From contig OZ024743.1 in assembly GCA_964016885.1 (NCBI GenBank), positions 136,338,001-136,402,000 on the forward strand: 64,000 bases of DNA, in the 5' to 3' direction. Made by a program: the position numbers and the translations under genes. The notes below the pieces were generated by a model. It saw only the letters and a list, made by a program, of their open reading frames with translations, ran no database searches and was not told the origin of the DNA. This document shows, piece by piece, positions 50,981-62,980 of this stretch. This DNA comes from Eledone cirrhosa (lineage: Eukaryota). Every line of letters begins with the position of its first letter. Position 1 is the first letter of the stretch.

Positions 50981-52750
50981 TTTGCTGCTTGGTGCTTGGT
51001 GCTTGGTGTTTTGTGTTTGGTGCTTGGTGCTTGGTGCCTGCTGCTTGGTGCTTGGTGCTTGTTGTTTGGTGCTTGGTGCTTGGTGATTAGTGTTTGGTGC
51101 TTGGTGCTTGCGGTTTGGTGTTTGGTGCTTGGGGTTTGGTGTTTGGTGCTTGGTGCTTGGTGTTTGGTGCTTGGTGCTTGGTGCTTGGTGTTTGGTGCTT
51201 GGTGCTTGGTGATTGGTGCTTGGTGCTTGGTGTTTGGTGTTTGGCGTTTGCTGTTTGCTGTTTGGTGTTTGGTGTTTGCTGTTTGGTGTTTGCTGTTTGG
51301 TGTTTGGTGTTTGGTGCTTGCTGTTTGGTGCTTGGTGCTTGGTGTTTGGTGTTTGGTGTTTGGTGCTTGGTGCTTGGTGTTTGGTGCTTGGTGCTTGGTG
51401 CTGGGTGTTTCGTGCTTGGTGCTTGGTGTTTGGTGCTTGGTGCTTGGTGCCTGGTGTTTGGTCCTTGGTGCTTGGTGCTTGGTGCTTGGTGCTTGCTGTT
51501 TGGTGTTTGGTGTTTGGTTCTTGGTGCTTGGTGTTTGGTGTTTGGTGCTTGGTGCTTGGTGTCTGGTGTTTGGTGCTTGGTGCTTGGTGTTTGGTGTTTG
51601 GTGCTTGGGGTTTGGTGTTTGGTGCTTGGTGCTTGGAGTTTGGTGCTTGGTGCTTGGTGTTTGGAGTTTGGTGCTTGGTGCTTGGTGCCTGGTGCTTGTT
51701 GTTTGGTGTTTGGTGCTTAGTGGTTGGTGTTTGGTGTTTGGTGCTTGGTGCTTGGTGGCTGGTGTTTGGTGCTTGGTGTTTGGAGTTTGGTGTTTGGTGC
51801 TTGGTGCCTGGTGTTTCGTGCTTGGTGCTTGGTGCTTGGTGTCTGGTGTTTGGTGCTTGGTGTTTGGTGTTTGGTACTTGGTGCTTGGTGCTTGGTGCTT
51901 GGTGTTTGGTGCTTGGTGTTTGATGCTGCGTGCTTGGTGTTTGGTGTTTGGTGCTTGGTGCTTGGTGTTTGGTATTTGGAGCTTGGTGCCTGGTGCTTGT
52001 TGTTTGGTGTTTGGTGCTTGGTGCTTGGTGTTTGGTGTTTGGCGTTTGGTGCTTGGTGCTTGGTATCTGGTGTTTGGTGCTTGATGTTTGGTGTTTGGTG
52101 CTTGGTGCTTGGTGTTTGGTGTTTGGTGCTTGGTGCTTGGTGTTTGGTGCTTGGTGTTTGGTGTTTGGTGTTTGATGCTTGGTGTTTGCTGCTTGGTGCT
52201 TGGTGCTTGGTGTTTTGTGTTTGGTGCTTGGTGCTTGGTGCCTGCTGCTTGGTGCTTGGTGCTTGTTGTTTGGTGCTTGGTGCTTGGTGATTAGTGTTTG
52301 GTGCTTGGTGCTTGCGGTTTGGTGTTTGGTGCTTGGGGTTTGGTGTTTGGTGCTTGGTGCTTGGTGTTTGGTGCTTGGTGCTTGGTGCTTGGTGTTTGGT
52401 GCTTGGTGCTTGGTGATTGGTGCTTGGTGCTTGGTGTTTGGTGTTTGGCGTTTGCTGTTTGCTGTTTGGTGTTTGGTGTTTGCTGTTTGGTGTTTGCTGT
52501 TTGGTGTTTGGTGTTTGGTGCTTGCTGTTTGGTGCTTGGTGCTTGGTGTTTGGTGTTTGGTGTTTGGTGCTTGGTGCTTGGTGTTTGGTGCTTGGTGCTT
52601 GGTGCTGGGTGTTTGGTGCTTGGTGCTTGGTGTTTGGTGCTTGGTGCTTGGTGCCTGGTGTTTGGTCCTTGGTGCTTGGTGCTTGGTGCTTGGTGCTTGC
52701 TGTTTGGTGTTTGGTGTTTGGTTCTTGGTGCTTGGTGTTTGGTGTTTGGT
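50335..52750 (+). repeat. Tandem duplication, 2 x 1204 bp (172 units)
   Basis: 50520/51724, 50726/51930, 50975/52179 and 51094/52298 are all offset by 1204. Confidence 0.88.
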
Positions 52751-53110
52751 GTTTGGTGCCTGGTGCTTGGTGCTTGGTGTTTGGTGCTTGGTGCTTGGTG
52801 ATTAGTGTTTGGTGATTGGTGCTTGGGGTTTGGTGTTTGGTGCTTGGTGTTTGGTGCTTGGTGTTTGGTGCTTGGTGCTTGGTGCTGGGTGTTTGGTGCT
52901 TGGTGCTTGGTGTTTGGTGCTTGGTGCTTGGTGCCTGGTGTTTGGTCCTTGGTGCTTGGTGCTTGGTGCTTGGTGCTTGCTGTTTGGTGTTTGGTGTTTG
53001 GTTCTTGGTGCTTGGTGTTTGGTGTTTGGTGTTTGGTGCCTGGTGCTTGGTGCTTGGTGTTTGGTGCTTGGTGCTTGGTGATTAGTGTTTGGTGATTGGT
53101 GCTTGGGGTT
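52570..53110 (+). repeat. Tandem duplication, 2 x 280 bp (40 units)
   Basis: GATTAGTGTTTGGTGATTGG at 52800 and 53080, and the preceding variant pattern is repeated. Confidence 0.85.
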
Positions 53111-53609
53111 TGTTGTTTGGTGCTTGGTGTTTGGTGCTTGGGGTTTGGTGTTTGGTGCTTGGTGTTTGGTGCTTGGTGTTTGGTGCTTGCTGTTTGGTGT
53201 TTGGTTCTTGGTGCTTGGTGTTTGGTGTTTGGTGTTTGGTGCTTGGTGCTTGGTGCTTGGTGTTTGGTGCTTGGTGCTTGGTGCTTGGTGTTTGGTGCTG
53301 CGTGCTTGGTGTTTGGTGCTTGGTGTTTGGTGCTTGGTGCTTGGTGCTTGGTGCTTGGTGTTTGGTGATTGGTGCTTGGTGCTTGGTGCTTGGTGTTAGG
53401 TGTTTGGTCCTTGGTGCTTGTTGTTTGGTGTTTTGTGCTTGGTGCTTGGCGTTTGATGTTTGGTGCTAGGGGCTTGGTGCTTGATGCTTGGTGTTTGGTG
53501 CTTGGTGCTTGCTGTTTGGTCTTTGGTGCTTGGTGCCTGGTGCTTGTTGTTTGGTGTTTGGTGCTTAGTGCTTGGTGTTTGGTGTTTGGTGCTTGGTGCT
53601 TGGTGGCTG

Positions 53610-56600
53610 GTGCTTGGTCTTTGGTGCTTGGTGTTTGGTGTTTGGTACTTGGGGCCTGGTGTTTGGCGCTTGGTGCTTGGTGCTTGGTGTTTGGTGCTTG
53701 GTGTTTGGTGCTTGGTGATTAGTGTTTGGTGCTTGGTGCTTGGTGCCTGGTGCTTGGTGCTTGGTGCTTGATGTTTGGTGCTTGGTGCTTGGTGATTAGT
53801 GTTTGGTGCTTGGTGCATTGGGTTTGGTGTTTGGTGCTTGGGGTTTGGTGTTTGGTGCTTGGTGCTTGGTGTTTGGTGCTTGGTGCTTGGTGTTTGGTGC
53901 TTGGTGCTTTGTGTTTGGTGCTTGGTGTTTGGTGCTTGGTGCTTGGTGCTTGGTTCTTGGTGTTAGGTGTTTGGTGCTTGGTGATTGGTGTTTGATGTTA
54001 GGTTCTTGGTGCTTGGTGTTTGGTGTTTGGTGCTTGGTGCTTGGTGTTTGGTGCTTGCTGCTTGGTGCTTGGTGTTTTGTGTTTGCAGTTTGGTGCTTGG
54101 TGTTTGGTGCTTCGGTCTTGGTGTTTGGTGTTTGGTGCTTGGTGCCTGGGGCTTGTTGTTTGGTGTTTGGTGCTTAGTGCTTGGTGTTTGGTGTTTGGTG
54201 CTTGGTGCTTGGTGGCTGGTGCTTGGTGCTTGGTGTTTGCAGTTTGGTGCTTGGTGCTTGGTGCCTGGTGTTTCGTGCTTGGTGCTTGGTGCTTGGTGTT
54301 TGGTGTTTGGTGCTTGGTGTTTGGTGTTTGGTACTTGGTGCTTGGTGCTTGGTGTTTGGTGCTTGGTGTTTGGTGCTTGGTGCTTGGTGCTTGGTGCTTG
54401 GTGTTTGATGTTTGGTCCTTGGTGCTTGTTGTTTGGTGTTTGGTGCTTCGTGCTTGGTGTTTGGTGTTTGGTGCTTGCTGCTTGCTGCTTGGTGTTTGGT
54501 GCTTGGTGATTGGTGCTTGGTGTTTTGTGCTTGGTGCTTGGTGTTTGGTGTTTGCTGCTAGGGGCTTGGTGCTTGATGCTTGGTGTGTGGTGCTTGGTGC
54601 TTGCTGTTTGGTGTTTGGTGCTTGGTGCGTGGGACTTAGTGTTTGGTGTTTGGTGCTTGGTGTTTGGTGCTTGGTGTTTGGTGCTTGGTGCTTGGTGTTT
54701 GGTGTTTGGTGCTTGGTGCTTGGGGCTTGGTCTTTGGTGCTTAGTGTTTGGTGCTTGGTGTTTGGTGCTTGGTGCTTGGTGCCTGGTGTTTGGTGTTTGG
54801 TGTTTGGTGCTTGGTGTTTGGTGCTTGGTGCTTGGTGCTGGGTGGTTGGTGTTTGGTGTTTGGTGCTTGGTGCTTGGTGCTTATTGTTTGGTGCTTGGTG
54901 CTTGGTGCTTGGTGCTTGGTCTTTGGTGCTTGGTGTTTGATGTTTGGTGCTTGGTGCCTGGTGTTTGGCGCTTGGTGCTTGGTGCTTGGTGTTTGGTGCT
55001 TGGTGTTTGGTGCTTGGTGATTAGTGTTTGGTGCTTGGTGCTTGGTGCCTGGTGCTTGGTGCTTGGTGCTTGATGTTTGGTGCTTGGTGCTTGGTGATTA
55101 GTGTTTGGTGCTTGGTGCTTGGTGTTTGGTGCTTGGTGCTTGGTGTTTGGTGCTTGGTGCTTTGTGTTTGGTGCTTGGTGTTTGGTGCTTGGTGCTTGGT
55201 GCTTGGTGCTTGGTGTTAGGTGTTTGGTGCTTGATGATTGGTGTTTGATGTTAGGTTCTTGGTGATTGTTGTTTGGTGTTTGGTGCTTGGTGCTTGGTGT
55301 TTGGTGTTTGGTGCTTGCTGCTTGGTGCTTGGTGTTTTGTGTTTGGATTTTGGTGCTTGGTGTTTGGTGCTTCGGTCTTGGTGTTTGGTGTTTGGTGCTT
55401 GGTGCTTGGTGTTTGGTGTTTGGTGCCTGGTGCTTGGTGTTCGGTGCTTGGTGTTTGGTGTTTGGTGATTGGTGCTTGTTGTTTGGTGCTTGGTGCTTGG
55501 TGCTTGGTGCTTGGTGTTAGGCGTTTGGTCCTTGGTGCTTGGTGTTTGTTGTTTGGTCCATTGTGCTTGGTGTTTGGTATTTTGTGCTTGGTGCTTGGTG
55601 TTTGGTGCTTGGTGCTTGGTGTTTGGTGCTTGGTGCTTGGTGCCTGGTGTTTGGTCCTTGGTGCTTGGTGCTTGGTGCTTGGTGCTTGCTGTTTGGTGTT
55701 TGGTGTTTGGTTCTTGGTGCTTGGTGTTTGGTGTTTGGTGTTTGGTGCTTGGTGCTTGGTGCTTGGTGTTTGGTGCTTGGTGCTTGGTGATTAGTGTTTG
55801 GTGATTGGTGCTTGGGGTTTGGTGTTTGGTGCTTGGTGTTTGGTGCTTGGTGCTTGCTGTTTGGTGTTTGGTTCTTGGTGCTTGGTGTTTGGTGTTTCGT
55901 GTTTGGTGCTTGGTGCTTGGTGCTTGGTGTTTGGTGCTTGGTGCTTGGTGCTTGGTGTTTGGTGCTGCATGCTTGGTGTTTGGTGCTTGGTGTTTGGTGC
56001 TTGGTGCTTGGTGCTTGGTGCTTGGTGTTTGGTGATTGGTGCTTGGTGCTTGGTGCTTGGTGCTTGGTGTTAGGTGTTTGGTCCTTGGTGCTTGTTGTTT
56101 GGTGTTTTGTGCTTGGTGATTGGCGTTTGGTGTTTGGTGCTAGGGGCTTGGTGCTTGATGCTTGGTGTTTGGTGCTTGGTGCTTGCTGTTTGGTGTTTGG
56201 TGCTTGGTGCCTGGGGCTTGTTGTTTGGTGTTTGGTGCTTAGTGCTTGGTGTTTGGTGTTTGGTGCTTGGTGCTTGGTGGCTGGTGCTTGGTGCTTGGTG
56301 TTTGGAGTTTGGTGCTTGGTGCTTGGTGCCTGGTGTTTCGTGCTTGGTGATTGGTGCTTGGTGTTTGGTGTTTGGTGTTTGGTGTTTGGTGTTTGGTACT
56401 TGGTGCTTGGTGCTTGGTGTTTGGTGCTTGGTGTTTGGTGATTGGTGCTTGGTGCTTGGTGCTTGGTGCTTGGTGTTAGGTGTTTGGTCCTTGGTGCTTG
56501 TTGTTTGGTGTTTTGTGCTTGGTGCTTGGCGTTTGGTGTTTGGTGCTAGGGGCTTGGTGCTTGATGCTTGGTGTTTGGTGCTTGGTGCTTGCTGTTTGGT

Positions 56601-58985
56601 GTTTGGTGCTTGGTGCGTGGGACTTAGTGTTTGGTGTTTGGTGCTTGGTGTTTGGTGCTTGGTGCTTGGTGCTTGGTGCTTGGTGTTTGGTGTTTGGTGC
56701 TTAGTGCTTGGGGCTTGGTGTTTGGTGCTTGGTGTTTGGTGTTTGGTGCTTGGTGCTTGGTGTTTGGCGCTTGGTGCTTGGTGCTTGGTGTTTGGTGCTT
56801 GGTGCTTGGTGCTTGGTGCTTGGTGATTAGTGTTTGGTGCTTGGTGCTTGGTGCCTGGTGCTTGGTGCTTGGTGCTTGTTGTTTGGTGCTTGGTGTTTGG
56901 TGCTTGGTGCTTGGTGCTGGGTGGTTGGTGTTTGGTGTTTGGTGCTTGGTGCTTGGTGCTTATTGTTTGGTGCTTGGTGCTTGGTGCTTGGTGCTTGGTC
57001 TTTGGTGCTTGGTGTTTGGTGTTTGGTACTTGGGGCCTGGTGTTTGGCGCTTGGTGCCTGGTGCTTGGTGTTTGGTGCTTGGTGTTTGGTGCTTGGTGAT
57101 TAGTGTTTGGTGCTTGGTGCTTGGTGCCTGGTGCTTGGTGCTTGGTGCTTGATGTTTGGTGCTTGGTGCTTGGTGATTAGTGTTTGGTGCTTGGTGCTTT
57201 GGGTTTGGTGTTTGGTGCTTGGGGTTTGGTGTTTGGTGCTTGGTGCTTGGTGTTTGGTGCTTGGTGCTTGGTGTTTGGTGCTTGGTGCTTTGTGTTTGGT
57301 GCTTGGTGTTTGGTGCTTGGTGCTTGGTGCTTGGTTTTAGTGTTAGGTGTTTGGTGCTTGGTGATTGGTGTTTGATGTTAGGTTCTTGGTGCTTGGTGTT
57401 TGGTGTTTGGTGCTTGGTGCTTGGTGTTTGGTGTTTGGTGCTTGCTGCTTGGTGCTTGGTGTTTTGTGTTTGCAGTTTGGTGCTTGGTGTTTGGTGCTTC
57501 GGTCTTGGTGTTTGGTGTTTGGTGCTTGGTGCCTGGGGCTTGTTGTTTGGTGTTTGGTGCTTAGTGCTTGGTGTTTGGTGTTTGGTGCTTGGTGCTTGGT
57601 GACTGGTGCTTGGTGCTTGGTGTTTGCAGTTTGGTGCTTGGTGCTTGGTGCCTGGTGTTTCGTGCTTGGTGCTTGGTGCTTGGTGTTTGGTGTTTGGTGC
57701 TTGGTGTTTGGTGTTTGGTACTTGGTGCTTGGTGCTTGGTGTTTGGTGCTTGGTGTTTGGTGCTTGGTGCTTGGTGCTTGGTGCTTGGTGTTTGATGTTT
57801 GGTCCTTGGTGCTTGTTGTTTGGTGTTTGGTGCTTCGTGCTTGGTGTTTGGTGTTTGGTGCTTGCTGCTTGCTGCTTGGTGTTTGGTGCTTGGTGATTGG
57901 TGCTTGGTGTTTTGTGCTTGGTGCTTGGTGTTTGGTGTTTGCTGCTAGGGGCTTGGTGCTTGATGCTTGGTGTGTGGTGCTTGGTGCTTGCTGTTTGGTG
58001 TTTGGTGCTTGGTGCGTGGGACTTAGTGTTTGGTGTTTGGTGCTTGGTGTTTGGTGCTTGGTGTTTGGTGCTTGGTGCTTGGTGTTTGGTGTTTGGTGCT
58101 TGGTGCTTGGGGCTTGGTCTTTGGTGCTTAGTGTTTGGTGCTTGGTGTTTGGTGCTTGGTGCTTGGTGCCTGGTATTTGGTGTTTGGTGTTTGGTGCTTG
58201 GTGTTTGGTGCTTGGTGCTGGGTGGTTGGTGTTTGGTGTTTGGTGCTTGGTGCTTGGTGCTTATTGTTTGGTGCTTGGTGCTTGGTGCTTGGTGCTTGGT
58301 CTTTGGTGCTTGGTGTTTGGTGTTTGGTGCTTGGTGCCTGGTGTTTGGCGCTTGGTGCTTGGTGCTTGGTGTTTGGTGCTTGGTGTTTGGGGCTTGGTGA
58401 TTAGTGTTTGGTGCTTGGTGCTTGGTGCCTGGTGCTTGGTGCTTGGTGCTTGATGTTTGGTGCTTGGTGCTTGGTGATTAGTGTTTGGTGCTTGGTGCTT
58501 GGTGTTTGGTGCTTGGTGCTTGGTGTTTGGTGCTTGGTGCTTTGTGTTTGGTGCTTGGTGTTTGGTGCTTGGTTCTTGGTGCTTGGTGCTTGGTGTTAGG
58601 TGTTTGGTGCTTGATGATTGGTGTTTGATGTTAGGTTCTTGGTGATTGGTGTTTGGTGTTTGGTGCTTGGTGCTTGGTGTTTGGTGTTTGGTGCTTGCTG
58701 CTTGGTGCTTGGTGTTTTGTGTTTGGATTTTGGTGCTTGGTGTTTGGTGCTTCGGTCTTGGTGTTTGGTGTTTGGTGCTTGGTGCTTGGTGTTTGGTGTT
58801 TGGTGCCTGGTGCTTGGTGTTCGGTGCTTGGTGTTTGGTGTTTGGTGATTGGTGCTTGTTGTTTGGTGCTTGGTGCTTGGTGCTTGGTGCTTGGTGTTAG
58901 GCGTTTGGTCCTTGGTGCTTGGTGTTTGTTGTTTGGTCCATTGTGCTTGGTGTTTGGTATTTTGTGCTTGGTGCTTGGTGTTTGG
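53610..58985 (+). repeat. About 2 kb of sequence repeated at a 3380-3387 bp offset (older, diverged higher-order repeat)
   Basis: 53726/57107 (3381), 53985/57365 (3380), 54510/57897 (3387), 55238/58618 (3380). Marker GGTCCATTG near 55555 and 58935. Confidence 0.82.
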
Positions 58986-59229
58986 TGTTTGGTGCTTGGT
59001 GCTTGGTGTTTGGTGTTTGGTGCTTGCTGCTTGCTGCTTGGTGTTTGGTGCTAGGGGCTTGGTGCTTGGTGTTTCGTGTTTGGTGCTTGGTGCTTGGTGT
59101 TTGGTGTTTGGTGCTTGGTGCGTGGGACTTGGTGTTTGGTGCTTGGTGTTTGGTGCTTGGTGTTTGGTGCTTGGTGCCTGGTGCTTGGTGTTTGGTGTTT
59201 GGTGCTTGGTGTTTGGTGCTTGTTGTTTG

Positions 59230-62200
59230 GTGCTTGGTGTTCGGTGCTTGGTGCTTGGTGCTTGGTGCTTGGTGTTTGGTGTTTGGTGCTTGGTGCTTGG
59301 TGTTTGATGTTTGGTCCTTGGTGCTTGGTGTTTGGTGTTGTGTGCTTGGTGCTTGGTGTTTGGCGTTTGCTGTTTGCTGTTTGGTGGTTGGTGTTTGCTG
59401 TTTGGTGTTTGCTGTTTGGTGTTTGGTGTTTGGTGCTTGCTGTTTGGTGCTTGGTGCTTGGTGTTTGGTGTTTGGTGCTTGGTGTTTGGTGCTTGGTGCT
59501 TGGTGCTGGGTGTTTGGTGCTTGGTGCTTGGTGTTTGGTGCTTGGTGCTTGGTGCTTGGTGTTTGGTCCTTGGTGCTTGGTGCTTGGTCTTTGGTGCTTG
59601 GGTTTTGGTGTTTGGTGCTTGGTGCTTGGTGTTTGGTGCTTGGTGCTTGGTGCTTGGTGTTTGGTGCTTGCTGCTTGGTGCTTGGTGTTTGGTGCTTGGT
59701 GCTTGGTGATTAGTGTTTGGTGATTGGTGCTTGGGGTTTGGTGTTTGGGGCTTGGTGTTTGGTGCTTGGTGCTTGCTGTTTGGTGTTTGGTGTTTGGTTC
59801 TTGGTGCTTGGTGTTTGGTATTTGGTGTTTGGTGCTTGGTGCTTGGTGCTTGGTGTTTGGTGCTTGGTGCTTGGTGCTTGGTGTTTGGTGCTGCGTGCTT
59901 GGTGTTTGGTGTTTGGTGCTTGGTGCCTGGGGCTTGTTGTTTGGTGTTTGGTGCTTAGTGCTTGGTGTTTGGTGTTTGGTGCTTGGTGCTTGGTGGCTGG
60001 TGCTTGGTGCTTGGTGTTTGGAGTTTGGTGCTTGGTGCTTGGTGCTTGGTGTTTGGTGCTTGGTTCTTGGTGCTTGGTGTTAGGTGTTTGGTGCTTGGTG
60101 CTTGGTGTTTGATGTTTGGTCCTTGGTGCTTGTTGTTTGGTGTTTGGTGCTTGGTGCTTGGTGTTTGGTGTTTGGTGCTTGCTGCTTGCTGCTTGGTGTT
60201 TGGTGCTTGGTGATTGGTGCTTGGTGTTTTATGCTTGGTGCTTGGTGTTTGGTGTTTGGTGCTAGGGACTTGGTGCTTGATGCTTGATGTTTGGTGCTTG
60301 GTGCTTGCTGTTTGGTGTTTGGTGCTTGGTGCGTGGGACTTAGTGTTTGGTGTTTGGTGCTTGGTGTTTTGTGCTTGGTGTTTGGTGCTTGGTGCTTGGT
60401 GTTTGGTGTTTGGTGCTTGGTGCTTGGGGCTTGGTGTTTGGTGCTTAGTGTTTGGTGCTTGGTGTTTGGTGCTTGGTGCTTGGTGCTTGGTGTTTGGTGT
60501 ATGGTGTTTGGTCCTTGTTGTTTGGTGCTTGGTGCTTGGTGATTAGTGTTTGGTGCTTGGTGCTTGCGGTTTGGTGTTTGGTGCTTGGGGTTTGGTGTTT
60601 GGTGCTTGGTGCTTGGTGCTTGGTCTTTGGTGCTTGGTGTTTGGTGTTTGGTGCTTGGTGCTTGGTGTTTGGCGCTTGGTGCTTGGTGCTTGGTGTTTGG
60701 TGCTTGGTGCTTGGTGATTAGTGTTTGGTGCTTGGTGCTTGGTGCCTGGTGCTTGGTGCTTGGTGCTTGTTGTTTGGTGCTTGGTGCTTGGTGATTAGTG
60801 TTTGGTGCTTGGTGCTTGGGGTTTGGTGTTTGGTGCTTGGGGTTTGGTGTTTGGTGCTTGGTGCATGGTGTTTGGTGCTTGGTGCTTGGTGTTTGGTGCT
60901 TGGTGCTTTGTGTTTGGTGCTTGGTGTTTGGTGCTTGGTGCTTGGTGCTTGGTGCTTGGTGTTAGGTGTTTGGTGCTTGGTGATTGGTGTTTGATGTTAG
61001 GTTCTTGGTGATTGGTGTTTGGTGTTTGGTGCTTGGTGCTTGGTGTTTGGTGTTTGGTGCTTGCTGCTTGGTGCTTGGTGTTTTGTGTTTGGATTTTGGT
61101 GCTTGGTGTTTGGTGCTTGGTGCTTGGTGTTTGGTGTTTGGTGCCTGGTGCTTGGTGTTTGGTGCTTGGTGTTTGGTGTTTGGTGATTGGTGCTTGGTGT
61201 TTGGTGCTTGGTGCATGGTGCTTGGTGCTTGGTGTTAGGCGTTTGGTGCTTGGTGCTTGGTGTTTGATGTTTGGTCCTTGGTGCTTGGTGTTTGGTATTT
61301 GGTGCTTGGTGCTTGGTGTTTGGTGTTTGGTGCTTGCTGCTTGCTGCTTGGTGTTTGGTGCTAGGGGCTTGGTGCTTGGTGTTTGATGTTTGGTCCTTGG
61401 TGCTTGGTGTTTGGTATTTGGTGCTTGGTGCTTGGTGTTTGGTGTTTGGTGCTTGCTGCTTGCTGCTTGGTGTTTGGTGCTAGGGGCTTGGTGTTTGGTG
61501 CTTGGTGTTTGGTGCTTGGTGTTTGGTGCTTGGTGCCTGGTGCTTGGTGTTTGGTGTTTGGTGCTTGGTGTTTGGTGCTTGGTGTTTGGTACTTGGTGTT
61601 CGGTGCTTGGTGCTTGGTGCTTGGTGTTTGGTGTTTGGTGCTTGGTGCTTGGTGCTTGGTGTTTGATGTTTGGTCCTTGGTGCTTGGTGTTTGGTGTTGT
61701 GTGCTTGGTGCTTGGTGCTTGGTGTTTGGTGCTTGGTGCTTGGTGCTTGGTGTTTGGCGTTTGCTGTTTGCTGTTTGGTGTTTGGTGTTTGCTGTTTGGT
61801 GTTTGCTGTTTGGTGTTTGGTGTTTGGTGCTTGCTGTTTGGTGCTTGGTGCTTGGTGTTTGGTGTTTGGTGCTTGGTGTTTGGTGCTTGGTGCTTGGTCC
61901 TTGGTGCTTGGTTCTTGGTGTTTGGTGCTTGGGTTTTGGTGTTTGGTGCTTGGTGCTTGGTGTTTGGTGCTTGGTGCTTGGTGCTTGGTGCTTGGTGTTT
62001 GGTGCTTGCTGCTTGGTGCTTGGTGTTTGGTGCTTGGTGCTTGGTGATTAGTGTTTGGTGATTGGTGCTTGGGGTTTGGTGTTTGGTGCTTGGTGTTTGG
62101 TGCTTGGTGCTTGCTGTTTGGTGTTTGGTGTTTGGTTCTTGGTGCTTGGTGTTTGGTGTTTGGTGTTTGGTGCTTGGTGCTTGGTGCTTGGTGTTTGGTG

Positions 62201-62980
62201 CTTGGTGCTTGGTGCTTGGTGTTTGGTGCTGCGTGCTTGGTGTTTGGTGTTTGGTGCTTGGTGCCTGGGGCTTGTTGTTTGGTGTTTGGTGCTTAGTGCT
62301 TGGTGTTTGGTGTTTGGTGCTTGGTGCTTGGTGGCTGGTGCTTGGTGCTTGGTGTTTGGAGTTTGGTGCTTGGTGCTTGGTGTCTGGTGTTTCGTGCTTG
62401 GTGCTTGGTGCTTGGTGTTTGGTGTTTGGTGCTTGGTGTTTGGTGCTTGGTGTTTGGTGCTTGGTTCTTGGTGCTTGGTGTTAGGTGTTTGGTGCTTGGT
62501 GCTTGGTGTTTGATGTTTGGTCCTTGGTGCTTGTTGTTTGGTGTTTGGTGCTTGGTGCTTGGTGTTTGGTGTTTGGTGCTTGCTGCTTGCTGCTTGGTGT
62601 TTGGTGCTTGGTGATTGGTGCTTGGTGTTTTATGCTTGGTGCTTGGTGTTTGGTGTTTGGTGCTAGGGACTTGGTGCTTGATGCTTGATGTTTGGTGCTT
62701 GGTGCTTGCTGTTTGGTGTTTGGTGCTTGGTGAGTGGGACTTAGTGTTTGGTGTTTGGTGCTTGGTGTTTTGTGCTTGGTGTTTGGTGCTTGGTGCTTGG
62801 TGTTTGGTGTTTGGTGCTTGGTGCTTGGGGCTTGGTGTTTGGTGCTTAGTGTTTGGTGCTTGGTGTTTGGTGCTTGGTGCTTGGTGCTTGGTGTTTGGTG
62901 TATGGTGTTTGGTGCTTGTTGTTTGGTGCTTGGTGCTTGGTGATTAGTGTTTGGTGCTTGGTGCTTGCGGTTTGGTGTTT
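59230..62980 (+). repeat. Diverged duplication at a 2338-2401 bp offset
   Basis: 59311/61670 (2359), 59713/62051 (2338), 60084/62485 and 60546/62947 (2401). Shared marker TTTTATGC...CTAGGGAC near 60227 and 62628. Confidence 0.82.
61255..61494 (+). repeat. 119-bp (17-unit) tandem duplication
   Basis: The string TTTGATGTTTGGTCC...GGTATTT...TTGCTGCTTGCTGC...CTAGGGGC occurs twice, 119 bp apart (ORF starts 61271/61390). Confidence 0.85.

Noticed and set aside
60084-62947. Numerically striking offsets (2401 = 7^4; 2940 = 20 x 147)
   Set aside because: Any in-register offset in a slip-free region is a multiple of 7, and most other periods are not multiples of 147, so these are treated as coincidence.
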